Part shown: piece after piece, positions 6,693 to 15,850 of the stretch
How positions within the stretch are numbered: the first letter of the stretch is position 1
Layout of the letters: every line of letters starts with the position of its first letter
Origin: Archaeoglobaceae archaeon
GTDB taxonomy: Archaea > Halobacteriota > Archaeoglobi > Archaeoglobales > Archaeoglobaceae
DNA: 37,562 nucleotides
NCBI GenBank assembly: GCA_027066965.1
Contig: JAMOMT010000106.1
Coordinates: 1-37,562 of the forward strand
Direction of reading: 5' to 3'
The notes under the pieces: model-generated
Told to the model about the DNA's origin: nothing
Seen by the model: the letters and a program-made list of their open reading frames with translations, nothing else
The model's database searches: none
Position numbers and translations under genes: made by a program

Positions 6693-9482
6693 TCAAACAC
6701 TCCAGAACTTCCTCGTCCTTATGTACCTCTTCTCAGCTTCAAGCAGCTCCTTGAAGAATTCCTCCTCGTTCCTGTAATACTTCGCAAGAATTCTCGCAGC
6801 GGTGTCAGCTCCAACGCCATGAGTGTTCATCGCGTAAACAGCTCTTTTGCCATAGCACATCACGAGGTTCGCTATCCTCATCAACTCATCCTTTGAGTAT
6901 TCACTTACATCTCTCCTCGCGTTAACGCAAGCTACGAGCTTCGACTTGCACCTTATGCACTTCAGCTCTTTCACGTCTTTCACCTGCAACCTTATCTTGC
7001 ACCCGCAGTTCATGCAGTAGAGCCAGCAGAACTCCCTCTCAATTCTCTTTTTGAAAACGTGGAGGATTGCTGAGGTGGGCTTCGAAGGGACGAGCAGGTC
7101 GAACGCCTGTTGCCTTGCTGCCTGAGAAATTGAACTCAACCCGCTCATTTCTACAACTTCAATCTCGTCAAAAAGCTTCGAAACGACTTCGTACAGCCTT
7201 TCGACGTCAAATCTCTCCGTAAAAAGCTCTCTAACTGCTTCTCTGTAAACCGGCGTATCCTTAAGTTTCAAAACGAGTTTCTTCAAGTTCATCCTCGTTA
7301 CATCTGCGTTCTTGCTCATTATCCCGAACTTTCTTGCTGAGGAAACGACCTTCCACTGTAGGAGTTTCGTGTCGATTAAGCTCCTCTCTGCAAGCCACTC
7401 TACTCCCTCAACTCCCCTACTCTCGGCTATGTCCTTCAGGCTCCTCAAGACTTTCAGCACCTCATCTACTCTCGCAGGAAACAGCTTCACCCTGTACGGG
7501 TCTATCTCCACCGAAACGCTCGTGGCTCTTCTCGCGGAGAGCAGCATCGCGAGAATCCTGCCGAACACCTCGTTAACGGTGTGCCCAAAACAGGCGTTTA
7601 CGACGACGAAGCCCTCCCCCTGCTCTACAGTTACAACTCTATCGGATGGAATGATGCTGCACCTTTCCACAATGTCAACAACGACCTCGCAAGCTTCTCT
7701 CGTCGTGCTGAACTTCTTCATCAGCATCTCTATCGTCTTCTCCCTGCCAACCGCATCGACTGTCCTCTTTATGACCTCTCTGAGCTCTCCAACTTCCTGA
7801 GCGACCTCGAAGGGGACTGGAATTTCCTCCCCGACCCAGCTCGGCACCTCTCCTTCTCCGCTTACAGGTTCGACCTTAACGACCTCCCCGACATCAACTA
7901 TCCTCCACAGCTCTCCCTTCATCGCGAAGACTTCTCCCCTGAACGTCGTGACAAAGACCTCGTCGAGAGAGCCAATGCACCTACCGGATGTTACGTCAAC
8001 GACTTTGTACTTCTTCTCGTCCGGAATCATGGAGACGTTGTCGTAGAAGTACCTCCTCGTCTTCCTCTTTGGGAATATCCTCGGATTTTTCGAATTTTCA
8101 CTTACTCTAAAGCTTTCCTGATTTGAGGCTTCCAGATCCGGACTTAACTCTGAATCGAGCCCAACGACCCCTTTCTCGTCAAGAAACGAGCAGAGTTTAA
8201 GAAACTCCTCGTAACCCAACTCTCTGTAGGGGTAAGCTCTCCTCACAATCTCGTACGCTTTTCTCGCCTCTATACCACCATACTCCATCGCCATGGCCGA
8301 AATCTGATTGGCGAGAGTGTCCAAGCTCTTCTCGTGGCACCTCTCCCTCTCTATTTCGCCCCTTAAAGCCCTGTCAGCTATGACCCATGACTCCAATATC
8401 TCGTCGAATCCCGAAGCAATGATGTATCCTCTCGAAACCTCTCCTGCCTTGTGCCCGCTCCTGCCAACTCTCTGCAGGAGTCTCGAGACCTGTCTCGGGC
8501 TGTTAAACTGAATAACGCAATCGACGTGCCCGACATCTATTCCGAGTTCCATCGAGGAAGTACATATCAGAGCCTTTATCTCCCCGTTCAGAAGCTTTTT
8601 CTCAGCCTCCAGCCTTGCTTCCTTAGATAGGGATCCGTGGTGAACCTCCACCTTCACGAGCTTCTTCAGCTTTAAAGCCAGAGCCTCAGCCGTTTGACGA
8701 GTGTTGACGAATATAAGAGTAGATTTGTGTCTTTTCACGACTTCCGCTATGTACCTGAGTTGAGAAGCAACCTCGCTGTCAACGAACAACTCCTCGGCCA
8801 CCTTCTCGTCTTCACTCCTCTTCTCAGGCTTAACGACTCTGAAAGAGTAAGGTTTGTTCTGGTAACCTTCAACTATTTCGCACTTTCTTGAAGTGAAGAA
8901 CTTGGAGACAGCCTTCTTCTCCCTAACCGTTGCCGAGAGACAGATTGTCTGAAAGTCAGCTATCTCCCTAAGCCTCTCAACAGCAACAGATAACTGCGCA
9001 CCCCTCTCACTTTGAAAGAGCTCGTGAACCTCGTCTATGATTAGGTACTTCACGTTCCTTAGCCACTCCCTCAACTTCTTGCCAAGAAACAGAATCTGAA
9101 AAGTTTCGGGAGTCGTTACGAGGACGTGAGGTGCGAGCTTCGATTGCTTTACTCTCTCAGCTTTCGAGGTGTCTCCATGTCTGACTGCTATTCTCAGACC
9201 AAGCTTGCTCGTTAAAGCTTCTAATCTCCTAAGCATGTCCCTGTTAAGAGCCCTTAGAGGGGTGACGTAGATTAAAGCAATTGGATCACTGTTCCTTCTG
9301 ACTATCTCGCTCAGAGCAGGTACTACTGCAGCTTCGGTCTTCCCACTACCCGTGGGAGCTACTATGAGGCAGTCCTTACCACTCAGAATAACTTCAGCAC
9401 TTCTAAGCTGGAGTTCGTTCAGCTCTTTTATACCGCAATGCCTGAGTGCCTTTATTACCTGTTCGAGTATCATCGCTTCCAT
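6693..9482 (-). CDS. Lhr-type (large helicase-related) DEAD/DEAH-box ATP-dependent helicase
   Basis: APTGSGKTEAA (motif I), IIDEVHEL (II), SATV (III), HHGSLS, TSSMELGIDVG, QRVGRSGH (VI). Long C-terminal region with a CMNCGC..CIRCKS zinc ribbon. Start taken at MEAMILEQ (ATG 9482), with a TATA-like ttttaaaag about 24 nt upstream. Confidence 0.85.
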   Translation of the reverse strand: MEAMILEQVIKALRHCGIKELNELQLRSAEVILSGKDCLIVAPTGSGKTEAAVVPALSEIVRRNSDPIALIYVTPLRALNRDMLRRLEALTSKLGLRIAVRHGDTSKAERVKQSKLAPHVLVTTPETFQILFLGKKLREWLRNVKYLIIDEVHELFQSERGAQLSVAVERLREIADFQTICLSATVREKKAVSKFFTSRKCEIVEGYQNKPYSFRVVKPEKRSEDEKVAEELFVDSEVASQLRYIAEVVKRHKSTLIFVNTRQTAEALALKLKKLVKVEVHHGSLSKEARLEAEKKLLNGEIKALICTSSMELGIDVGHVDCVIQFNSPRQVSRLLQRVGRSGHKAGEVSRGYIIASGFDEILESWVIADRALRGEIERERCHEKSLDTLANQISAMAMEYGGIEARKAYEIVRRAYPYRELGYEEFLKLCSFLDEKGVVGLDSELSPDLEASNQESFRVSENSKNPRIFPKRKTRRYFYDNVSMIPDEKKYKVVDVTSGRCIGSLDEVFVTTFRGEVFAMKGELWRIVDVGEVVKVEPVSGEGEVPSWVGEEIPVPFEVAQEVGELREVIKRTVDAVGREKTIEMLMKKFSTTREACEVVVDIVERCSIIPSDRVVTVEQGEGFVVVNACFGHTVNEVFGRILAMLLSARRATSVSVEIDPYRVKLFPARVDEVLKVLRSLKDIAESRGVEGVEWLAERSLIDTKLLQWKVVSSARKFGIMSKNADVTRMNLKKLVLKLKDTPVYREAVRELFTERFDVERLYEVVSKLFDEIEVVEMSGLSSISQAARQQAFDLLVPSKPTSAILHVFKKRIEREFCWLYCMNCGCKIRLQVKDVKELKCIRCKSKLVACVNARRDVSEYSKDELMRIANLVMCYGKRAVYAMNTHGVGADTAARILAKYYRNEEEFFKELLEAEKRYIRTRKFWSV

Positions 9483-9613
9483 TGACCTAAGTTTTACACC
9501 TTTTAAAAGCTTCCGCGACCTATTTCTACATTCTACTTTGCATGTCGCACTTTTACAACCAAATATGAAAACGGCCACAGAAACTTTATTCTGTCCTTTC
9601 TCATACTTCTCTC

Positions 9614-11518
9614 ATGGCCGGACGTTCAGAGCTTCCAGAACACTCAGAGCACTCAAAACTCTCAACACGTTCAGCACGCTCAGCCTTGTCAGTACTGCTC
9701 ATAGCTGTTCTGTTCCTGTCCACAGTGCACACGGCATCAGCCCAGTTTTTGCACGAGAGAAAGGTGGAGATTCAAGCGGTTGCCGTCAAAACTGGAGAGA
9801 AGCCGGAAGGTGCAGTGATAAACATAACAGTGATAGTAACTCCGGGAAACGGGAAAGTGTTCGTCTCCACATCTCCTTACACGGAGATAGACATGCAGGG
9901 TAGTGCTCAACTCGCAGCCCTCACAGCGTGCGATTTGCTTGGAGTTGACTACATGAAGCACGACTTCTTCTACATAATTCAAGCTAATGCACCGATAGTC
10001 GGAGGTCCATCAGCTGGAGGAGTTATGTGCGTCGCAACTATAGCCGCTCTGAAGAACCTCACGATAAGAAGAGACGTCTTCATGACCGGGATGATCTACC
10101 CGGACGGCTTTATAGGGCCAGTTGGAGGGATTCCATACAAGCTCGAAGCAGCTGCGAGCCATGGAGCGAAGTACTTCCTTATTCCTGCTGGGCAGAGAAT
10201 AGTTTATGTCAGAGAGGTAAAGGTTGTGAAGAACGGCCCGTTCGTCTTCGAGTCCACAGTGGTAAAGCCCGTTGACGTCGTAAAGCTCGGACAGAAACTT
10301 GGAGTCAAAGTCATAGAGGTCGAAACTGTAAATCAGGCTCTCGAGTACTACACCGGCTACGAGATAAAACAGAAGAACGCGAGCGTTAACCTGACGAGGT
10401 ACTCGAACATACTCAAAAAGCTCGCGGACAGGATGAAGAGCGAAGCTGAAGACCTCTACTCAATTGTCAGCCAGATTGCCACGAGCGATGAGCTCAGCAG
10501 CGTGAAGAACATAATGAAAAAGGCTCAGGAGGAGTACGATCAGGGCAAGTACTACACTGCAACGAGCGACTGGTTCACGGCCATGATAAACATGAGGTAC
10601 ATACAGTACAAGCACACGATTACGACCGATGAGGCTCTCGAGAACGAGTTCAAGAGAGTTCAGAGCGACATAGACAACTTAATGAAGTACCTCAACTCCT
10701 CGAGCAGAAAGGTGGGCTTAGAGAGCTTCCAACTCTACGGAGCCGCTGAGGAGAGGCTAACGATAGCTCAGGATTACCTGAACAAAGCCGAAAGCTCCTC
10801 TGACCTCTACACAGCTCTCGGTTACCTCGCTTACGCGAGGGAGAGAGTCGAGAGTGCGAGGCTCTGGCTCTCTCTACTGCCGGGTATAAAGGAGGACATA
10901 CCTCTTGGAAAGAACGAAATAAAGAGGAGGGCTCAGCTCTACTTAAGCCAAGCAGAATCGCTTGTTATTTACGCCGGATCGATATACGGGCAGAAGGATT
11001 TGCTCGAACAGGCACAGCAAGACATAGACTATGGTAGAGCTCAGCTCGACGAAGGTTTGTACTGTGGAGCAGCTCTTTCAGCCATAAACGCGATAACCAA
11101 AGCAAGCCTGAGCATAGAGCTGATAGGAATAACGAACTCTCCAACAGGTCAGCAGCTACTGCAGGAGAAGGTAAACGCCTCAAAGAAGGATGCTCAGATA
11201 GCAATAGCTCAGCTCGAGAAGCACGTAACTCCAATACTGCCAGTTGCATACTACGAATTTGCGGAGACAAGTTCGAACTCCATTGCTAAGCTCGCGTACT
11301 TCAAGCTCTCAGAGAGGATAGCGAAGCTGATAGGAGTTCTCGCGAAGATGCACCAGCACAGCCAGCTAGTAAAGGTGGAGCACATGCCGGCTCCAAGTTT
11401 TGAAGAGTCGGCAAACCTGAACGCTGGAGTTAACACGAGGATTCCAGGGTTTAGTGCGATTGCAGCAATCTCTGCAATTCTCGTGTTACTGGTAATTACC
11501 TGGCGTCGCAGGCTGTGA
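9614..11518 (+). CDS. Extracellular S16 (Lon-like) serine protease with signal peptide, long helical region and PGF-CTERM-like anchor
   Basis: Signal-like SALSVLLIAVLFLSTVHTASA. Lon proteolytic-domain motifs GGPSAGG (Ser) and GGIPYKLEAA (Lys). The C-terminus IPGFSAIAAISAILVLLVITWRRRL is PGF + TM + basic tail. Confidence 0.8.
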   Translation: MAGRSELPEHSEHSKLSTRSARSALSVLLIAVLFLSTVHTASAQFLHERKVEIQAVAVKTGEKPEGAVINITVIVTPGNGKVFVSTSPYTEIDMQGSAQLAALTACDLLGVDYMKHDFFYIIQANAPIVGGPSAGGVMCVATIAALKNLTIRRDVFMTGMIYPDGFIGPVGGIPYKLEAAASHGAKYFLIPAGQRIVYVREVKVVKNGPFVFESTVVKPVDVVKLGQKLGVKVIEVETVNQALEYYTGYEIKQKNASVNLTRYSNILKKLADRMKSEAEDLYSIVSQIATSDELSSVKNIMKKAQEEYDQGKYYTATSDWFTAMINMRYIQYKHTITTDEALENEFKRVQSDIDNLMKYLNSSSRKVGLESFQLYGAAEERLTIAQDYLNKAESSSDLYTALGYLAYARERVESARLWLSLLPGIKEDIPLGKNEIKRRAQLYLSQAESLVIYAGSIYGQKDLLEQAQQDIDYGRAQLDEGLYCGAALSAINAITKASLSIELIGITNSPTGQQLLQEKVNASKKDAQIAIAQLEKHVTPILPVAYYEFAETSSNSIAKLAYFKLSERIAKLIGVLAKMHQHSQLVKVEHMPAPSFEESANLNAGVNTRIPGFSAIAAISAILVLLVITWRRRL

Positions 11519-11550
11519 TTTTTTTCAGATTTTATCTTTATTTTATTATT
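11519..11550 (+). terminator. Oligo-T tract cluster after the protease gene (archaeal-type terminator)
   Basis: tttttttcagattttatctttattttatt begins immediately after the TGA stop. Confidence 0.4.
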
Positions 11551-11563
11551 GTGATCACAATAA
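11546..11563. repeat. Perfect 18-bp palindrome ttattgtgatcacaataa
   Basis: 9+9 nt with no spacer, read directly. Intergenic between the protease and BtpA-like genes. Confidence 0.7.
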
Positions 11564-11750
11564 CTCAAAAATCTAAAATGTTTTACTTAGCCAGACTAGG
11601 CGAGAGAAGTTACGAACCTGTTATCATCACTCAATAGCTATTAAACACCGCAATGCCACTTCTGCCGTTTAAACTTAAATATTGGTTCGGAAAATTCAGA
11701 ACACAAAGTGCAAAAAAGAGAAAGAGAAGTAAAATCCTAAAGGAGAGACG

Positions 11751-12497
11751 ATGAAGGTCATATGCGTAATTCACCTGCCACCCCTTCCGGGCTCGCCCCT
11801 CTACCAGAACGAGAGCTTGGAAGAGATAGTTGAAAGAGTTGTTGAGGACGCAAGAGCGATAGAGGAAGGAGGGGCAGACGGCGTAATCGTGGAGAACTTC
11901 GAAGACAAGCCCTTCAGGGTGAAAGTTGGGCCAGAGACTGTTGCGAGCATGAGTGTTATAGCGAGAGAGGTAAGAAAGGAGATCTCGCTCTCCCTTGGAA
12001 TAAATGTCCTCAGAAACGACGGAATTTCGGCACTGGCAATCGCCAAGGCGGTAAAGGCAGATTTTGTTAGAGTTAATCAACTCTTCTTCCCGTCAGTTTC
12101 TCCAGAGGGGACATTAGAGCCGATAGCTGCCGATCTCATGAGGTATAAGAAATTTATCGACTGTAAGGCAAAAGTCTTCGCAGACGTTAACGTTAAGCAC
12201 GCTAAGCACTTTGCAGATATGGAGGACTACGCAGAGAACTTTGAGAGGAGCCTCGCAGACGCAGCTATTGTGACTGGAAGTGCGACTGGTAAGAGCGTGA
12301 GGCTGGAGGAGCTTGAGCTATTCAGAAAAAGGCTGGATTGCGAGGTGTACGCTGGCAGTGGAGTTACACCAGAGCTCGCATCGAAAATAGCGAGAAAAGG
12401 CCTAGCTGACGGGGTGATAGTCGGGACGTACATCAAAAGGCGTGGAAGGATCGACTCCGGCAGGGTTAGAGAGGTCGTCGAGGCTGTAAAGAAGTAA
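11751..12497 (+). CDS. BtpA/SgcQ family TIM-barrel protein
   Basis: MKVICVIHLPPLPGSP...GADGVIVENF.D.PF... is the family signature. SD-like aaaggagag upstream. Confidence 0.8.
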   Translation: MKVICVIHLPPLPGSPLYQNESLEEIVERVVEDARAIEEGGADGVIVENFEDKPFRVKVGPETVASMSVIAREVRKEISLSLGINVLRNDGISALAIAKAVKADFVRVNQLFFPSVSPEGTLEPIAADLMRYKKFIDCKAKVFADVNVKHAKHFADMEDYAENFERSLADAAIVTGSATGKSVRLEELELFRKRLDCEVYAGSGVTPELASKIARKGLADGVIVGTYIKRRGRIDSGRVREVVEAVKK

Positions 12498-12519
12498 CTG
12501 AAACTTTAAACCTTCTTTT

Positions 12520-13122
12520 TCAAAGCCATTCCTCCCCTCCCTCAAAAACCTCCTTTTTCCACACAGGCAGCTCCTTTTTCATCCCTTCTACCGCATCAAC
12601 TATTGCCTTCCACACATCCTTTCTTCCCCTGCCCATGACTGCCACGTAAACGATGTCCTCTCCAGCTCCCACCTTCCCGATTCTGTGAAAGATTTCCACG
12701 CCCTCCACTCCTGGGTAGGACTCTACCCTCTTCTTCAGTTCCTCAAGCTTTTTCTTGTAGAGCTCGTCGTTCCTCTCGTACTCGAGCCGTATAACCCTCC
12801 TCCCCTCGTTGAGCTCTCTGACGAAACCGACGAACATCGCTATTGCCCCGCACTTCTTACTTCTCCCAGACCTCTTCAGCTTCTCGATTACAGAACGGGG
12901 GGTCTCCCACTCCACGACCTCAAAGAGTTCTTCCCTTGCTCCATCTGAGTAAACGAGAACTTCTTCAAAGCCGAGCTCACACATGATGTCGAGCACTTTT
13001 TCGAGCGGAAGGTTGACCCTACCAAAAGGTGTTTCAATATAATCGTCTTTCACCACGACTACGCCTGCATGTGCCCTGTCTTCAGCCTCACCCGCTCCTC
13101 TCAAAAATCTCACTATCAACAA
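12520..13122 (-). CDS. moaE: Molybdopterin synthase catalytic subunit MoaE (maximal ORF; true start uncertain)
   Basis: GAIAMFVGFVR...LEYE...IFHRIGKVGAGEDIVYVAVMGRGRKD...LPVWKKE aligns with the MoaE core. The maximal ORF overlaps the upstream gene by 35 nt. Alternative starts are GTG 13056 and ATG 12984 (MCELGF.., canonical MoaE length). Confidence 0.75.
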   Translation of the reverse strand: MLIVRFLRGAGEAEDRAHAGVVVVKDDYIETPFGRVNLPLEKVLDIMCELGFEEVLVYSDGAREELFEVVEWETPRSVIEKLKRSGRSKKCGAIAMFVGFVRELNEGRRVIRLEYERNDELYKKKLEELKKRVESYPGVEGVEIFHRIGKVGAGEDIVYVAVMGRGRKDVWKAIVDAVEGMKKELPVWKKEVFEGGEEWL

Positions 13123-13606
13123 CTTCCCCTCCCTTAAAGAACTTCAGAACGAAATTCGAAGGTGTAACTTCGAGCAGAGCGAACTGGTCATTTTTCACAG
13201 CTCCGGGACAAAAGACAAGCGGATTTTCGCTGACAAGAGCAAACCTGTGGATGTGGCCAAAAATGAGTACATTCACCTCAAGCTCCCTTGCCAAGTAGTA
13301 GAGGTCAGAAAAGTCGTCCATTAGCGGCTCGTGCTTTGCAGCCACCTTTATTCCGTATATTTCGGCTGTTCCAACTTCTGGAAGGTCAAATTTATCGCAG
13401 TTTCCCTTTACGGCAAGCAGCTCTACTCCTCTCTCCTTGCATAATTCCCTCAGCAGCTCGTAGCTCTCTCTACTTGTAAAGTCCCCCGCGTGAACGAGCA
13501 AGTCGAACTCCAAGCTCTCCAAAACACGGCAGAAGTTGAGCGTCTCCCTGCCTAAGAAATGAGTGTCAGAGATAGCAAGTATCCTCGCCTTTCGCACGCC
13601 ACTCAC
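13088..13606 (-). CDS. YfcE/MJ0936-type metallophosphoesterase
   Basis: ISDTH, HAGD, GNCD and GHIH motifs in order. GTG start 8 nt after the upstream stop. Confidence 0.8.
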   Translation of the reverse strand: MSGVRKARILAISDTHFLGRETLNFCRVLESLEFDLLVHAGDFTSRESYELLRELCKERGVELLAVKGNCDKFDLPEVGTAEIYGIKVAAKHEPLMDDFSDLYYLARELEVNVLIFGHIHRFALVSENPLVFCPGAVKNDQFALLEVTPSNFVLKFFKGGEVVDSEIFERSG

Positions 13607-13614
13607 CCTGCAAA

Positions 13615-14799
13615 TTAAAGACTCGAATAAATTTTCTCTAAGTACTCTTTAACGCTCATCCCTTCCTTTTTGGCTATTTTCTCGAGAATTGTGGATGTCT
13701 TAGTCGAGTACTGGACTGCCTTCTTCTGCCTGTAAGCTATGCTCTCCGGCAAGTACTTCTCGGCTATCTTCCTGAGAGCGTACTTCCTGATTATCTCTCC
13801 GCCCACTTCTCTAACCTTGTACTCCCCTGGTATCTTCATAACAGCCTCTACTATATCCCACTGGAGGTATGGCGTAAGGATTCTAACGCCAGCCCTATAA
13901 GAGAGCTTCACGTCTCTCTCGAGGTTGTTAACTCCAAGCATCTCCACATCTTTCTTCAAAACCCAAAATAGCTCCTCTCCCCTGTAGTTCTCGTACTTTT
14001 TGTAGCCTCCAAACAGCTCGTCTGCTCCCTGCCCGAAAATCACACTTTCGAAGCCAAGCTCTTTGGCCTTCACCATCGACAGGTATACGGGAATACCTAT
14101 TGACACGTGGAAGGGGTTTGGCTCTTCTACCGCTCTAAGCACCTCAGGAATCACTTCCCTAACGTCCTCCTCTCCAAACCTGAAGATATAAATCTCTCTT
14201 CCGATCTCCTTCGCAGCTCTCTTAACGTGTTCCTCCTCTTTCTCGCTCGCGGTTACGCTTACGAGAGGTAAGTCGTACATTGCAGCAAGCAGAGAACTGT
14301 CAACCCCGCCAGAAAAAGATATGCAGTCCCCCTGCCCAAAGTCCTTCAGCTTTCTCTCAACGACTTCAAGCAAGACTTCAACTTCTCCCTCGTCTTTTGG
14401 AGAGGGGTCAGGTTTAAAGACTTCATCGAAGCTGTAGCTTAGTTTCTCAATTCTCCCGTCGTAATAAACCTTAACGACTTCTCCTGGGTTCACTCTGTTT
14501 ACACTCTCACCTGACTCAACCGGATTAATCATGCGGGAGAATGATGAGAACTCCGTTCGAGAGTAATACAGAGGATAACCGCCTATAACGTCCCTCGAGA
14601 GGAGGACATGCTCCGCTTTAAACCCGACGACGGCGTAAAATCCCCTGACTTTAAGGGGCATATCCTCTCTCAGGTCAGAGAAACGCAAATCGCTCTCGCT
14701 TGAGTCGTATATCAAGCCATCCCCCTGCTTTGAAGGGTACGTGGCGTTTGCGAGAATTCTCGTGCCGTCACCCTTACTCTGAAGGCAGGCATAGAGCAT
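13615..14799 (-). CDS. Asparagine-synthase-like PP-loop ATPase (AsnB-related, apparently without the N-terminal Cys nucleophile)
   Basis: SFSGGVDSSLLAA PP-loop and GQGADELFGGY. Start taken at ATG 14799 (MLYACLQ..) because the longer ORF would overlap the divergent gene starting at 14878. Confidence 0.7.
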   Translation of the reverse strand: MLYACLQSKGDGTRILANATYPSKQGDGLIYDSSESDLRFSDLREDMPLKVRGFYAVVGFKAEHVLLSRDVIGGYPLYYSRTEFSSFSRMINPVESGESVNRVNPGEVVKVYYDGRIEKLSYSFDEVFKPDPSPKDEGEVEVLLEVVERKLKDFGQGDCISFSGGVDSSLLAAMYDLPLVSVTASEKEEEHVKRAAKEIGREIYIFRFGEEDVREVIPEVLRAVEEPNPFHVSIGIPVYLSMVKAKELGFESVIFGQGADELFGGYKKYENYRGEELFWVLKKDVEMLGVNNLERDVKLSYRAGVRILTPYLQWDIVEAVMKIPGEYKVREVGGEIIRKYALRKIAEKYLPESIAYRQKKAVQYSTKTSTILEKIAKKEGMSVKEYLEKIYSSL

Positions 14800-14877
14800 G
14801 ACAAGTTTGAGAAAAATCGTTAGAAGTAAGTTTCGGAGGCGGCAATTATTTAACTTCGCCCATTCTAACCCAAGGTT

Positions 14878-15702
14878 ATGAAGATAGTCGTGGCACACAC
14901 GCCGGATGCAGATGATGCGTTCATGTTCTACGCGATGACGGCTGGAAAGATTGAGACGCCGTTCGAGGTTGAGCACGTAATAAAGGACATAGAAACTCTC
15001 AACAGATTGGCCTTCGAAAACCAGCTTGACGTTACAGCAATATCCGTTCACGCGTACGCGTACCTGAGCAAAAGCTACAGGATTCTCTCTGCTGGAGCGA
15101 GCGTTGGAGACGGCTACGGGCCTGTTGTTGTGGCGAGAGAGGAGCTCGACGAGCTTGGTAGAGTCGCAGTTCCCGGGAAGCTCACGACCGCTTTCCTCCT
15201 GCTGACCCTCGCGTGCGACGATCTCAACATCGATTTCGAACCTGTAGAGATGAGGTTCGACGAGATAATTCCCGCAGTAAAGGAGGGGAGAGTCGACTCA
15301 GGTCTGCTGATACACGAGGGACAGATGACTTACAAAGACCACGGACTCGTTAAGCTGATAGATCTGTGGGAGTGGTGGAACGACAAGACATCTCTCCCCC
15401 TGCCCCTCGGCGTGAACGCGATAAACAGGAAGTTTGATGAGGAGACTCAGAAGGCGTTTCTCAAGGCTATGAAGGAGAGCATAAAGTACGCAATGGAGCG
15501 CCCAGAGGAGGCTGTAAGCTACGCGATGAAATACTCTAGGGGGCTAAGCAAGGAGCTCACAGAAAAGTTCGCGAGGATGTATGTGAACGACTACACCTAC
15601 GAGATGCCCGAGAGTGTAGTGGAGGCTATGGACGTTCTTTTCAGCATGGCGGAGGGAAAGGGTCTGCTCAAGAAGCCCAAGCTCGACGTGCTGTTTGAGT
15701 GA
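14878..15702 (+). CDS. MqnA/MqnD family (PF02621-type) menaquinone/futalosine-pathway protein
   Basis: N-terminal KIVVAHTPDADDAFMFYAM and periplasmic-binding-like fold signature. The MqnA versus MqnD subfamily cannot be resolved by eye. Confidence 0.65.
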   Translation: MKIVVAHTPDADDAFMFYAMTAGKIETPFEVEHVIKDIETLNRLAFENQLDVTAISVHAYAYLSKSYRILSAGASVGDGYGPVVVAREELDELGRVAVPGKLTTAFLLLTLACDDLNIDFEPVEMRFDEIIPAVKEGRVDSGLLIHEGQMTYKDHGLVKLIDLWEWWNDKTSLPLPLGVNAINRKFDEETQKAFLKAMKESIKYAMERPEEAVSYAMKYSRGLSKELTEKFARMYVNDYTYEMPESVVEAMDVLFSMAEGKGLLKKPKLDVLFE

Positions 15703-15850
15703 CTTGATTGACGATTAACATCGGTAATTAGCAATTAGCGACTTAGAGTTGGTGGAGTAGCAAAAAGCTGCAAACATGTTCGAACAGCGAAACACATAAT
15801 CTGAAGAATTTGGAAAGTGTTATAAGTTTTGTTTTGAAAAGTTCGGGCGC

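Noticed and set aside
7312-8126. ORFs of 162, 80 and 181 aa on the plus strand inside the Lhr helicase gene. Similar cases: 8308-8511, 8694-8891, 9352-9903.
   Set aside because: They are antisense to a gene with complete ordered helicase motifs. Their translations are Ser/Leu/Pro-rich low-complexity strings typical of shadow frames. No start signals were seen.
9625-9690. Quasi-repetitive ctcag/ctcaa-rich stretch at the 5' end of the protease gene considered as a repeat element.
   Set aside because: It is in frame and encodes the polar or basic n-region (SEHSEHSKLSTRSARSALS) directly ahead of the hydrophobic signal core. That is consistent with ordinary coding low complexity.
11570-11630. Possible C/D box sRNA on the minus strand (GTGATGA at the complement of 11624-11630). 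A similar CTGATGA occurs at 21450-21456.
   Set aside because: No CUGA D or D' box at the required spacing and no terminal stem. The 21450 instance is one arm of a small inverted repeat.
11631-12080. 149-aa minus-strand ORF overlapping the start of the BtpA-like gene.
   Set aside because: It overlaps a gene that has a strong family signature and an SD. The translation has no motif and is mostly an antisense or AT-rich spacer read-through.
14800-15051. N-terminal extensions of ORF-track entries: AsnB-like to 15051, DUF89 to 4114, Lhr to 9578, TBP from 17564, PAN to 23034, nadA to 35938, TS-like from 35865.
   Set aside because: The extensions overlap divergent neighbours or promoter elements and lack family similarity. 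Conserved N-termini begin at internal ATGs that have SD or TATA support.
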